A DNA stretch of 64,000 bases from Azolla caroliniana. Taxonomy: Eukaryota > Plantae > Polypodiophyta. Under the pieces are notes generated by a model. That model was not told the DNA's origin, did no database searches, and saw only the letters and a program-made list of their open reading frames with translations. Below, in pieces: positions 13,500 through 27,224 of this stretch. Positions within the stretch are counted from its first letter, which is position 1; each line of letters starts with the position of its first letter. A program made the position numbers and the translations under genes. Location: assembly GCA_043228905.1 (NCBI GenBank), contig JBHGNT010000002.1, positions 1,674,001 to 1,738,000 of the forward strand, in the 5' to 3' direction.

Positions 13500-14035
13500 G
13501 TAGAACAACTCCACCTTATCAGAAACTTGCCTATAAAATTTCTTTGTCCCATATGGCATGAAAATCAAATCGTTTGAGCTCAGCTTATTGCATATTACCT
13601 TTTATATTATCCAAAAAACCTTTAAGATTATGCACAATCTTTGTCCAAATCCCATAATTTATCTAGGCAAGTCTTTCACTCACATTTCGGAATGCCTTCA
13701 AACATCGAGCCTTCCAAATATCCAAAATTGCTTGACATATTGTGGAGAAAGTTTATTCCGTCTCCATAAAACATTTGCAGCTGGTTCTTTCCATGATCTA
13801 GCACCTATTATTTTCCTACTAGTCTTCACAAAATACCGAAGAAAAGGCACACGCTTTATTTGAGCTTGAACCCACACTTTCCAATACGGTTCTCCATGAT
13901 CCCAAGTTAATCAAGATATTGGTCTCATTTCCATAATCCAAATCCTCCAAAAAGAATTCACATATTGTGAATCCAGATCTAAGGCCCAAGTTGATCCATC
14001 ATTTGTGATCACCGTCACTTTCTTATGCAAACAAA
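13500..14035 (-). mobile_element. LINE ORF2 C-terminal remnant
   Basis: Reads ...WIMEMRPIS*LTWDHGEPYWKVW..VPFLRYFVKTSRKI, resembling the LDWDPIDYQW..FFQYSVQLGR segment of the LINE at 31518-33299. Confidence 0.45.
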
Positions 14036-14082
14036 AGCTAAACAATTTAGTTTTCGTATGTGTGAAAGTTAATCTACCATCA

Positions 14083-14380
14083 ACTTTTGTATGACTTGAT
14101 TTAGAGTAAATATAAGTTATGGCGAAAAACAAGAGCCAAATATACATACGAGTAATTTCGATCAATATTGGCTAGTGGAGAAGATAGTTATCGACTTTTG
14201 GATGACTTGATTTAGAGTACATATGAGTAAGTTATGGCGAAAAACAAAAGCCAATATATACATATGAGTAATCTCAATCTATATTGCCTTATAGTGAAGA
14301 TAGTTATTGACTTTTGTATGACTTGATTTGGAGTAAATATAAGCAAGCTATGGCAAAAAACAAAAGCCAAAATATACATA
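14083..14380. repeat. Tandem repeat, ~115-bp unit, ~2.6 copies
   Basis: ACTTTTGTATGACTTGATTTAGAGTA...TATGGCGAAAAACAA recurs at ~14083, ~14193 and ~14310. Confidence 0.9.
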
Positions 14381-14414
14381 ACAATTGCCTCAACAAGTTT
14401 GAGTAACAAGTTTG

Positions 14415-14900
14415 AGTAATTCGTCACAATCTTCCTCATTCTATGAGATTGAGAGAGTAGATTAAGTGAGATTGATAGTAAGAGTGATTGAAGTTCAGAT
14501 TAAAATTGAGAGTGAAATCATGAATGAGGTGGACATAGATTGGGGTGAATTGATGGGTCAATTCATTAGCAAAGTTGTCCCGTCACATGTAATCTCACAT
14601 TTTGTTTTCTATAATATATTTAACACATGTACATAGCAAATTAGCAATTGCGTTAATAACAACTTCTAGTAATTTGTCACAATCTTCCTTATCCTATGAG
14701 ACTCTAGAATAAGATTGAGAGAGTCGATTAAGAATGAGAATGAGAGAAAGAGTGATTGAGATTTAGATTAAGATTGAGAGTGAAAGCATGAATGAGGTGG
14801 ACATAGCTTGAGGTGAATCGATGGGTCAACCTTGTTAGCAAAAGTGTGTGTCATGTAATTTCACATTTTATTTGCTATAATATATCGAGCACATGTACAA
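14415..14900. repeat. Diverged tandem duplication, ~250-bp unit
   Basis: GTAATT.GTCACAATCTTCCT...CATGAATGAGGTGGACATAG...ACACATGTACA occurs twice. Confidence 0.88.
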
Positions 14901-17900
14901 TTTAATAAGAGTGATGGATTATGATGTATATTTGAGTCTTGAGACTAAAAGTTTGGATTGGTGTTATGTGATTATCATCTATGATTTGCAACTTTTTTTT
15001 AATTTTTTGATTTGTGATTGTGATGATGGGACATGTCTTCAGGGTAAGTGTATGACAAATTTGGTACAGATAGCAATAAGTCGAATTATTTAAGCATGTT
15101 TAATGCATTACAATGAGGTTGATTTTGACAACACCCTCAACTTGGTCGCATTGATGAGTTCCTTTTTACTCTCTTTTTTTAACTCGAGATTAAATTTATT
15201 GTGCGTATTTCTTCTTGTGGAAATAATACAAGAATTATGAGACATCGTTATCACCATAGTACGTAATATACTCAAATGCATTGGCAAACTTTTTTTTTCA
15301 TACGAATGCTTATGTTATCAAAATATTCTTATGCTTTTTTTTTACACTTTTTACCTTAAACAAAAAATTTACCTTATAATAAATAATGAATACAAAAGTA
15401 TGGTATTTACCATACTTCGAGGGTGTTTACCATCCTCAAATGATTGAAACATTCTCGAATGTGAATGCCCTTATGGTGCGTATGGTTCATACTATGGTTA
15501 TCACTCACATACTCACTTGACTTGTGGGTATTTTTCACATATGAATGCCCATGTGATATAACCATTTGGTTTTGTTCAAGATTATACATTATATGAATTG
15601 ATTAACATATTTTTTCTAGAATAATATACCCACTGATGTTGGTTTTTGATTGAAAAACGATCTGCAATGGGTGGAGAACTTATTCATGTTTTTTTGTTCA
15701 AGGGAAAATGATTGAAGCTAATTGGAAGAGTATAGCTTGTACTTACCTAATACATAATGTAATAATGCATAGTTACATGTGTTTGTAAGCAATATTGTTT
15801 ACATATGGGTGTTTTTTTATACATATAGGAAAGGATCGTATGTATTAAAAATGTATTTTGTTTGTTACTTTAATAACCAAGATTGTGAAATATCGTTGTG
15901 GTGTTCTCATAGACTAGCAAAGTCTTGTGTGTATAATGTTGTTTATATTGAAACGAAATTGATCAAAACGATACCAAATAAAGCTCGATACGATTCTATC
16001 AAATAACATTTGAGATTATATTGTAATTTTCGAATGATTGATTTATGAGATAGTATAATGGCTTCATATTGCCGTATGAAATGCAACTTGATTGATGATT
16101 GATTGTTGTTCAGTGTTTGTAAACATACATCCTAATTTCTAGCTTAAAATGAAGAATGGGGCATGCTTGTGAGACCTTATCAACATTTACATTAGACATA
16201 TTGATCTTCGTAGATTTTAACAAAATTATTGTTGTTGCACAAATTTGGTTATTTGTGTGTTTCATAATTGATTTGGAATATCTATATATAATAGATAGCT
16301 AGAGATAAGTTATTTCAATCCATACAAAGTTCATAAGCAGATGTTAACACATAAGTTTGATGCTTTCAATCCACATTGCCCAAGACACTCTCACCCAAGT
16401 AATTGTATGCTATTGCTGAAACACCCTTGAGATGGTAGATGGCGACGAGTTACATAGTTAATGGAAACATATCGAAAATAAAAAGGTAAGAATTGTGGAA
16501 GTAATGCATAAAGAATACATATGACTAAGAGGTTTTTTTATGAATTTAATAGAGATTAAATTTCATTGTTCTCTAATTACAAGAACATAGATTCATGACC
16601 ACCACATATAATATTTTCTTCAAATGTGTACAATCAAGTCCTCGACACTACGATGTCTTTAAATAGCTCCACCAATTTGCATCGAATTGTTTAATCACAA
16701 TAATTCATTCCAATCCATCTTGAAACTACTTGAAGATGGATGCCCTTCTCTTTCATGGGTTCTTAATATGTCCCTCGTTTTGAATCGGTTTTCAAGTTGT
16801 TCATTAAATTTTAGTGATTACACCAATTGGTGCCCTTCTCTGTATCTATGTAGGAGTTGTGTACCGTTACCACACAAACATGATATTTTTGTTCCAATAC
16901 AAGATGGATATGCAATCAACATATAGAGTATGATATGGATCACATCAAATATGCATCTCTAAGGTGTGGAAACCCTTTCAAGCAGTGTCCATAGTAAAAC
17001 AAAAAATGCATTAAGCAACAAGAGATAAATAATCTTCCCATCTGTGTATTTTTTTATGTGTCACGAGCAATATTGAAACATCGTATGATTCTATCCCAAG
17101 CATACCCTCAATATATTTGACAATGTAGTTATCTATTAGGTACAATTGATTGCTTCATGTGTCTTAAGCATCCACAAAGGCAACTTCAGTACTAACAATA
17201 GTCATTTGATAGTCTGCGAACATCATCATTTGTCACTAATGCTAGTTCACGTGTCTCATGCATGGCATATTGCACCTTCATATTTGCATATTTTGAGATT
17301 TCTTCTTGCTTAATATGATTCTTTTATTTTATTATGTGTTTCTTGTTGTGCATTTTATGAAAAATATGTAAAATTGAGGTCAAGGCAAAACTTCAAAGCC
17401 AAGGGTTTGACATGTTCTACACAAGCCAAATAGTCCAACACATATTTGGGGAGACTCTATGGTTGTCATGAGACATTAAGACTCTTGCCCAACGATGTTG
17501 ATGATATTGTATGGTTTATTGGCCTAAACGTCATGTAGCTTCTCTTTTGGTTCAAATAGAGAGGTAAAGTAGCCTATTTGCTTGAGTGGGGCATGCCTCG
17601 ACTCTAGGATATCCTAGATTTCACCCTAAAATGAAGGGGAAAGAAGACATTCATGCCCATTGAAACAAGCTTTGGACAATTTTGGACTTGATAGGGATTC
17701 ATTAACTCAGCAATTTGGGAGTTATCTTTTACTTTTAAAAGGGACATTTCATCTTGAAGCATCGAAGGATGCATGCATCAATGTAGAAAGGACTCGGGTG
17801 GTTGTAGGGGATATTAGGTAATTGCATGGGGTGTTTGTGATGGCTCATGACATTCAACTTCTTTTGTATTATACATATAGATGAGTGTATTGTATTCTAT

Positions 17901-18935
17901 GTGCGTGACAAAGTTCACATGAAGTTCATGGCTCATGTTATATGTGCTTTAGTCAATTTAATAATTGATAATGATACCATTTTAGGACAGATTTGAAATG
18001 AGTAATAGAGTTTACAAGAAGAATACACATTTAGTAATATAGAGAGTCAAGTTGTGGTTACAAAACTATTGATGTTGTACATTCCTCGAGTAGTGGGACT
18101 TGTAAAAGGGTAGTTGCTGTAGTTAAAAATTTGTACTGTTGAGTCAGGGGTGATTTGAAAGTCCAATAACGGAGCTTCTACACATTTTCAACTATAAAAA
18201 CATCATGTGATACAAGAAATTGTAGTCGAGATGCTAAACGCATGAGTGCATGCTTACATTGAGAAATGCAATAGATCAACATCCCTCAACAAACAATTGA
18301 GATCTAGAACGCCCGAGGTCACTGCTAAAACATGGTCAAACAAAAAGTGGTGTGTCGTGAAAAACCATTTCGACCATGTTTGGAAATTGGGACTAGCATG
18401 CGCAAGCAACACAACAAAGTAGAATCAATGTTCAAGCGAGCAAGAGGCAGCATGGAGTGGTGAGTGCAGGGACGTCGGAACTAAGGCCAAGAATGGTTGG
18501 TGTTTAAGCTAGGAAAACGAGATGTTCCAATGACATATGGAAGGGCGATTATATGAGGAGAAGAAGAAGGAAGAAGAAGAAGAGGGTATGAAGGAGTGAT
18601 TATCTATGGTGTGAAGAGGATGGTAAGTTATCAATAGGATTTAACTACATATGTGTGTGTGTGTGTATGTATGTATAAAGAGTGTAATGAAAGCAGGCAA
18701 AAAACAAAACCAGTTATAATGGTTGGTCCCCGGGTCCCCCTTCTCCAACAATATCTATATTTAATACATGCCCTATATTTAGGCCTATTTATACATATGT
18801 CCCCCTCCCTCCTCTTTTAGTTCAAACGAAAAAAAGACTTGTTTTTTTTGAAAAGGAAAGAAACCTCAAACGGCTACAAAAAGCAAACCCCACCCTCTCC
18901 CCAGGCCAGCCTTTCGTTGGCCTTTGACCCTGGTT

Positions 18936-19080
18936 CGCCACGTGGCGCTCCTCGGGCACACGTCGGCAGGGGGCAGCGGCTCGGTCTGCCACGTCGGCAA
19001 GGCGGGCGCCACGTAGGCTCGGAAGGGGCGGGCGGGGCTACAAAACGTACGAGAAAAGTGGGGGGGAGGCTCTCCACGTT
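18936..19080 (+). promoter_or_regulatory. GC-rich promoter with clustered G-box/ABRE-like ACGT elements upstream of the TRM gene
   Basis: Palindrome CGCCACGTGGCG (18936-18947), plus CACACGTCGGC, GCCACGTCGGC, GCCACGTAGGC, AAACGTACG and TCCACGTT within 145 bp, followed by (CT)n tracts. Confidence 0.65.
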
Positions 19081-19196
19081 CAAAAAACCCATCTTCTCTC
19101 TCTCTCTCTCTCTCTCTCCTCCCCTGTTCCTGCTCGAGCCTTTCTCTCTCTCTCTCTCTCTGAGTTCTTCTCCTGTCTCTGTCTGTTCTTTCCGCC

Positions 19197-22100
19197 ATGG
19201 CTGCTGATCCTTCCCCCTCTGAGAAGCCTCCCGCTTCCTCTTCTTCTTCTTCTTCTTCGAAAATAAGCGCTTGCTTCTTTCACCTCCTCGATTGGAACAG
19301 AAAACTCAACGCCAAACGCCACAAGCTCCTTCCTGCAGGTGAATCACTAATCCATCCCTTCCTTCCTTCTTTCACTCTTCTGCCATCTCTTCTGTTTCCC
19401 TTAATCTTCTCCTTCTTCTTTGTTCTTTCTGCAGATCGCCCATCTAACACGCAATCCCCCAAAAAGGCTCACAAAGATGAGAAGCTCCCTATGGCTAAAC
19501 TACTCCTTGTAAGTGTTCTTTCGATTCCCACTCTTGCGTCGCTTCCTTCTCTTTATCATCAGTATTCCTTTTTTTTTCTGAATTCCTTCATTTTTGGTTT
19601 GGGTTCTTTGATTTCTTGCAGATTGCAGATGAGAACAGAGGTGGGTTTCCTAAATCTGGTGAGCTCTTCAACAAAGAGAGAACTCCCGAGAAGAACAAGA
19701 AGCAGCAGCAGCAGCAGAAAAAGAAGAGTGGGAAGAGGAGCCCGAGTGTGGTTGCTAAGCTCATGGGCTTGGAGACTATGCCATCACCCGAGCCGCCCCG
19801 CAAAGAGAAGAAAAAGACTGCGGATTTTCGAACTGATGATGAAAACACAAACCCTAATGATCACCCATTCGGAACAGTACCATACAATTCAGGTAAAGAA
19901 TGAACACACAGTCTGTCTTGTATTCATTGTTGTGCAAAGAAAGGTTGGATCTTATAACCACTTTCCTAATGCAGAAAACGGGAGACTAAACATGAACCAG
20001 TCTGCAGCGATCGCGTGCCAGAAATCCTCCTCCGAAGAACCCAAGCTCATGTTCTTCTACAAGATTCCTTCTCTCTCGCCTCGAAAAATGGACGGCTCCT
20101 TGAGGTCTATTCTATCACCATCCAAAGCCCACAACAAGCTCATATCGCCAATCAAAAGCCCTTTAGGAACGAAACGATTGTTCGAAGCCGCAGCCAAAAT
20201 GCTTGAACCAAACATGCAGCCCAGCACCCGCTTGAGAAGAAACACCAACATCGGTTCACGTGTTGTGAGATCGATGTTAAGCAATGTGAATCAAGAAGAG
20301 GAGAAATCTAGTGCTATTGTTAAATCAGTCCGAAATCCTCCTAAAAAACCCCCTTTGAATTCATCAAGGCAGCAACAAGCAATTACATCTCGATTGTATC
20401 TTGATCAAAGCAAGGCGCAAACTCAAACTCGACCGAAACCAGACAAGAGCAAGGTTGTAAATGTATCTAACCCTAATTCCTCTGCATCAAGGCCCCAAGC
20501 TGGAGGTAGCAATGTTAGGCTCAGGGCGGCGACGATCTCATCGAATTCTAGCCAAGAGGTGATAGTATCAAGATCAAAAAGTGACAATTTCAAAGATGAG
20601 GCCACACCATTTTCTTCTTCTTCTTCTTCTTCGGTTTCAAGCCAACACATCTTTCGCAGTAGGAGCGCGAAGGATGATGCCAACCATGCTAAGGTTTCTC
20701 GTAATGATGCGAGACCTAGCAAAGACGATAAGGCGAAGCTTGATACTAGAAAACAGCCAAGATTGAACCAACCATCTGCTGGTGTAAAAAAGAGAGGCTT
20801 GATATCATCCAAACAGGAAGTTGTAGATTCTATTAGTGTTCGTAATAAAGGTGGGTCAGAGGACAAAGATATCACAACAAGCACCATCTCATCGAATGAT
20901 GCAAATGAGTCTTTGAAAAGGTTATCAACCGATTCAGTAGTTACAACCACAAAAGTTAGTAGTGATACTTCCAGCAATGGTGGCATTCTACACTATAGCC
21001 GGATTTTCGGCTCACGAAAAACATCCTCAGGGACAACGGAATGCAGCAAAAAGAAGGGTGATTCTTCATTGATGAAATCCTTGCTAAGGAAGAGGGCTGG
21101 CCCTTCTTCAGACAGAGTGTCAAAGGGCGAAATGGGGAAAGTCAGTTTGAAATCCTCAAAAGTTATCATCGATAAAAATGAAGATGATGTAGCACTATCT
21201 TATGAGGAGGATTCTTCATTCGCTTCAGGAGAATGCATCACCACTGACAAGTCCTCTGATGAAATGGAAGGCTCATCAACAGAAACTTCCTCTACTGTAT
21301 ATTCTTCCCTTGAGCCTGTTAGTGTAAGTATGGATGTCACTGCCAAAAATAGTAAATCCACGTCTAGCTCTTTGAATTACAAAGCTTCAGAAAGCAATTC
21401 AGTTGCTGATGGCGATTCAAATGTTGCAAGTAAAAAAAACCAGTTCCATTCTATTGTTAGTGAAAATTCAGTGAATAGTAGTTGCCTCTCTTCTGTCGGA
21501 GAGTGTGCTGATACTGCTTCATCCATTGCGGAGCCAGAAAAGAAGAAAGATGTCTCATACTCTGGCAAGACCACTGCTGCTATCCTACAAGAACTCCTGA
21601 TGGCTTTGAATTCTTCCAAACCACAGATTGCATTGGAATGTAAGGTGCTCAACGAATCGAGAAATAATAACACATTGTCTTCCTCCTATGACACCATGTT
21701 TTCACACCATGAATCTGCTGGGTCTTTTAGTGCTGTCCAAGATATTGATGATTCTGCATGTTCGGATGAGGTGAGGGTTTGTGATAAAGGGGATGTCTTA
21801 CTTATACTCTCAAATCTTCAAATTCATGCGCTGAAAATGTAAGAATGTTTTTGCAGATTCAAAGGCCAAGAAAAAGACTCTCAGCCATCACGGATGACTG
21901 GAGGCATCCAAGTCCTGTATCCACACTTGAACACCCCTTTGAAGATGACTCTTTTTCAGATAGTTGTGATAGCACACAAGGTAAGTTTACTTAGTTGAAA
22001 TCTCATTTTCTGGAATCACTCTGTCAAAACATCCTTTCCTGCAATCTCTCAATGCTCAATCTGATGAAATGCTTGACTGCTCTTTGCAGAAAGAAACTCT

Positions 22101-22808
22101 CATAGGACTATACTTGGCTATCAACCGGATGTTGTATCACGAAGACATAACCTAGATGTCTCCTCAATGAGTTTGGATTTGAAGAAGCCATACAGAGAAG
22201 CATTCGAATGTGAGGAGCAGTACGTGAAAGAGATAATGGAAGCCACAAATCTATCTCATGTCGATATTTATGCCGCTATGTTACAACCTCCGACTTCACT
22301 TATTGACCCCACTGTCTTCAAGAATTTGGAGGAACAATTTTATCAACAATGGGAATGGGGTGTGAAGCCAGAAGAGTCCCTAGACTCTGATTCGACTTTA
22401 CTGAGTGATTATGAGCAATGTGGAGCTAATCATAGGAAGCTTATATTTGACTGTGTTAACGAGGCTTTTAGATTGGATTTGGGCATCGACGAGAAACAAT
22501 CCTGCCAGTGTTTCCCAAGGATTCCTGATTTATCTTTGCCATATCGCTCACGAAGTGTGAGTAAACAGATAAATGCGTGGAAAGACATGGCTTGCAACAT
22601 GAATGTGGATGATATAGTGGAGAAAGAGATGAATACAGGCAGTGGAAAGTGGGTTGATTTTGGCTATGAAGTCTCTGAGCTTGCAGTGGAGACGGAGACC
22701 AGCATAGTTGACCGACTTATCAATGAGCTAGTTGTTGATTTGTCGAGAGGATCATCTATCAGCAGAGGTTCAAGGCAATGCATTCGTGATAACAAAAGAA
22801 TGCTATGA
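19197..22808 (+). CDS. TRM: TON1-recruiting motif (TRM/LONGIFOLIA-like, DUF3741/DUF4378) protein; exons 19197-19338, 19435-19508, 19622-19892, 19975-21770, 21857-21980, 22090-22808
   Basis: Motifs FFHLLDWNRK, MAKLLLIADENRGGFP, SVVAKLMGLE, PSPVSTLE, RKLIFDCVNE and C-terminal LINELVVDL. All junctions are GT-AG and phase-consistent. Confidence 0.92.
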
Positions 22809-23933
22809 CGTTACAATCACAAACATATGGAAACACCAGAGAATTATCGTATACTTAAAAAGCATCATCATGCAAAAAACAGTGCATGTGTATCATAAAT
22901 TATGTGATACAACAGATGGGATGGGTATAGCACCTTGCTTGCCTTCTTTGTAGAGGGGAACTTCTGTATCCTTGAGGGTTCCATCTCTAGTTATGAGCTG
23001 ATTGTAGCCCTTTTTGTTTCAAAGAGGCCAATTGAACTAAAAAATCAATGCACTCTCAATTCAGTGTGTTTGATGTTGTCTTAATTAAACTTGATAGGCT
23101 ATCTCTTCTTGCTTGTGAAATGAATTGGAATGTGGATTGATTAATACCATGCAGGATTATTATTTTACTGTTTTGTGTAAAAGGTTCATGTGATACGATC
23201 TATGTGCTTTATTCAAATGAATTGTTGTAAATAAGCGCTAGGCACCAACGTCAGTGTTTGTATTTAGTAATGAATTATCGTGCATGATAGTTTTTATGTG
23301 TAGTCTGAGGCGACCAGTCAAAGATTCAAAATAAGTTAATGGCAAACTTTTTCTGCTTTCACCCTCAATAAATAAATACTGTGATTGATTTTGTGCATGT
23401 GATGGCTATCTACTCTGTGAAAAGTCCATATGACCCACTCATATTCTTTTGCAGATTATCCACGTTGATGTGACTGTCTGAGTGCCCACTGCCTTAAGTT
23501 TTTAATCATTCATTAACCATGATAACCAATGTCACTTTACACTTTTCAATAAACATGATCTGTCTGAACATCTGTTACATGCACGCTGATTCAAATTACC
23601 AAAATATCACTAAATCTTTAAGCTAGGAATTTGTTTTGTATTCGTCAAAGATTTGAAATACAATTCAGTGTTTTATATTTGAAGTGAAAATAATTAAACT
23701 GATTGATACAGAAAACAATCACAAATTCTTTTCTGCATCACATTTACATGTGTTTAGCTAATTATCTCGTATGTCTAAACATAAATTAATCATACAATAA
23801 ACCATGGGGTATGGTCACGAGTTCATCATAGCTCCGTCAGACATGGATATAGAAAAGATTGAGAGACTGCTGGCAAGAAATCCAATCAAATATGAGCCTC
23901 CTTCAGACTGCTTGTTATGCAAAATTTTATTAT

Positions 23934-25468
23934 TTATTTCAACTCTAAAGGCTTGAAGTACTTTCTATCAATAAGAAATGCACCGGATGCCAATCGAATA
24001 GCCCAAACATCTTTCGGTTTTCTGCCTATTATCCTGGGGTACATAAACCAAAGTTCAATAGGATCAAAATCCAGGGAAAATATATAAAACAATGATCCCC
24101 TTTTAATAATCAAATAATTACAGGTGCAAAGGAAAGAAAGACCAGCACCTTCCAGCATCTCCAGGCATGACACTACCGCCATTTGGCCGCATCATAGGCA
24201 TTGGTTCAGCTGTCTTGAGATATGGTGGCGGCTCAATTATCACAATTGGACTCCCTGCTTTGAGATCATTGTAGGATGCATCATCTGTACCATTATCATC
24301 ATTTGCCATAATATTCATGCAATTGATTTGGAAATGTTTGCGAATCACATTTCCAGTTTGCCCAACCTTAAGAGATGGTGAATGAGGTATGAAGTCAGCA
24401 TTGTTGTTGCTACTGATCCTAGGTACTCCACATTTCGGCAAAACAATTGGTACGGCTGCCAATAGTAGAAGAGGAGAAAAATCAATTTCCAATAGCCTAG
24501 CCACTGACATGTACATAGTACTTATCTTGGAAGATTGTAGACCATTTTTCTAGTTGTGTTTAGGATATCCTTGAATCATGATTATTCCCTTCCAAACAAT
24601 TTGGTACATTATGTTGCTATTTGAAAAGAAATGAAAAAAGCTAAAAATATATAGATTTTATTTCCTTTTCATTTTCTGTTTGTTGGGGAGGGTGGGGAGA
24701 AAGCCTTTCCTTGAATAAAATGCTGAAAATTCAAGTAGGTGGATGGACTACATGGTTCCATGGGAACTGGTTATTCTCAAAACATCTACCTATCAACATC
24801 AAATCTTGAGATCCTTTTTTTTGTACACCATGCATCATATCTGCATCATGTTTCAATATGACAGATCCATAGCATGTCTTAATACATCATATCCAAATCA
24901 CGGCTCAATAGGTAAGTTCAATACCATGTCTTAATACATGTTGTTCACATGATATCCACATCTATGCCACAATGATCACGATTCACATCATATCCATATC
25001 TACTTCTCAATACATCATATCCATGTCTTATCTACATCATGTCTCAATAATGTATTGCATCCACATCGTGTCCCAAAACATGTTATCCACATCTATGACT
25101 CAATATTACACCATATCCACATCTGTGTCACAATACTCCGTATTTCTCTGTACGATGAGTTCATCTCAAAGAAATTTGCATCTGAAATTCATCATCATTT
25201 TTTTTTGTGTGTGGAAAACTCACCAAAACATAAACAAAATAACATATTCTTGCATGCTAAAAAAAAACAAGAAAACAAAAATTCACCAATTATACAAAAT
25301 AAATGGCAGAAGATTAAACTTAGACCTCTGTCTGTCTGTCTGTCTGTATGTTTCTGCGTGTCTATGTGTCTATATGTGTGTTCCTCTCTCTCTGTCTCTC
25401 TCTCTCTATCGATATATACCTGTTATAGATACTTGAGCTCGACAGTGTTGTACAGTGACGAACGCCAT
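23934..25468 (-). CDS. CRR42: CRR42 / DUF3148 (cyanobacterial SipA-like) plastid NDH assembly factor; exons 25468-25420, 24455-24149, 24033-23934
   Basis: PPYLKTAEPMPMMRP...PGDAGRIIGRKPKDVWAIRLASGAFLIDRKYFKPL is the DUF3148 signature. First exon MAFVTVQHCRAQVSIT joins in phase. Confidence 0.88.
24820..25140. repeat. Degenerate minisatellite (CAATACATCATATCCAC/ATGTCT-like motifs) in CRR42 intron 1
   Basis: ATATCCACATC, CATGTCTTAATACAT and CTCAATA motifs recur. Confidence 0.6.
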
Positions 25469-27224
25469 AACGTATTTCGAAGGCTTCACTATCCACCATG
25501 GCTATCCATACAAGGAAGAAGACACCTTTGTTTATTGATGTGTTCCTTCATTATCCATAACACAGTTTTTATTTATTTATCTAGGGAGCAGTTTTTTACT
25601 TTCTCTAAAAACCTTTTGATTTAAATCCAATACATAAATTGATGGCCGGGATGTCGAGATTTACTTGCACACATATATTTCCGCACTGTGGGATTCAATA
25701 CATCGGGCTTGCAAAACCCACACTCCAATGGGCATTCTCATAGGCCAGCTTGAGTTTTTGAGTTGTCAAGGTATTAGGGGTTAATTCCTGTTTTTGGTGT
25801 ATGCATAATGCCTTCTGTTTTTGAGACACAAATTGGGGTGTAAAGACATTCTTATTTTTGGAAACCTCACGGATGAAATGTCTTTGAAGGAGATCCAAAT
25901 GTGTTATTTGGTAAGGCATCATCATTGTCTTTTGTGTTGGTGTTGGTGTCACATGGCTTCTTACAAAGTCTTGCAAGATCTCTATTGAGTTATGTGTATT
26001 TTCCTCTTTGTGCAAAGAAGGAAAGCTTTACATCTCAATGTCATGAAGACAAAACCCTTATTTAGGTCAAAGCAGAGACCCCACGTTGGGTATCAACGTG
26101 GCCATTGATGAACATGGGGTTTATTTAGAAAGCAAAATGTTCCAAAGCATCAATATGCAAACGGTTGCTTCAATGGCCAAATTAGAGATATTTAATGTTA
26201 AAATTGTAAATGATTTGGGGGCATCACGGTTTTCATTTGACGATTGATGTGAGGCATGGGATAGAGAAGCCAATTAAAGAGAAGGGTGGGTAATAGTTTT
26301 TAGGTGGGGGAAGAAGGCAAACCAAGGCCATTGTCAATGTGCTTGTCATGAATCTATGTCTTTGAAGATTTTAAGATGCATCTTCCAATTCTACCAAGAG
26401 AATGATAATATTAATCAACTTTTGATAGATTACAATCATGTCAATAATATTCTAATAACTATATCATGGTGATCATTAATTGTTACCATTCCTGACTCAA
26501 AGAGTGATGACTTACCATACAGTATAATGAACTTGACTATTCTTTGTTCTTCATTGGTATATATCATCTGAAATTATCTATAACAATTACATGCGGTTCC
26601 ATGCATATAAACATTCTAGTCAGTAAATTCACAAAGACCACACAATCAGGTTGAAGAACAAGGATAATGAGCCATTATGTGTTACCATCTCATCTGGCTA
26701 TTAGTTTCTGTGGTACAGCATTGAACAGATAAATGCATTTATATCTTATCTTATTCATATACATGCATGCACATACATGTGGATTCATATATAAATGTGC
26801 GAGTAGTATAATGTCATGATCCACATGGAGCTTGATGCAAAGATTAAACGCATAAGATACCAAACTAACATTCCCATAACACGTTTTACCACAAACATTA
26901 TATCCACCACTGGGTTTAGGTATTGATCTTCAAGACAACCTATCTTCCATGTTTGGTATATACTCGTAGTGTAGATTTCCTTGACTTATCAAAGATCCCT
27001 GAGCATACAATCCATCTTGGTAGGTCATGAAACAAAATGAATTGTGCTCATTAGATAAGAATTAAGAATAAGTCACAATGCCATCTCCAATAATCATTAT
27101 TTGAATAAAATTTGCATTTAAATAATTTTATAACAAAGAATTAAGTTTTTTACAAGTTCAAATTAATTCAAATAAAATTTGCAGCACCAACCATACATAA
27201 AAACGATTAAACGGTATGAATGCC

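Noticed and set aside
23934-24516. NdhS/CRR31 identity, or a start at 24516
   Set aside because: The motifs are DUF3148/SipA (CRR42), not NdhS. The region above 24455 is a polypyrimidine acceptor and a better first exon lies at 25468-25420.
24972-25624. Plus-strand ORFs of 154 and 189 aa
   Set aside because: Low-complexity repeats antisense to CRR42 intron 1 and exon 1; no recognisable domain.
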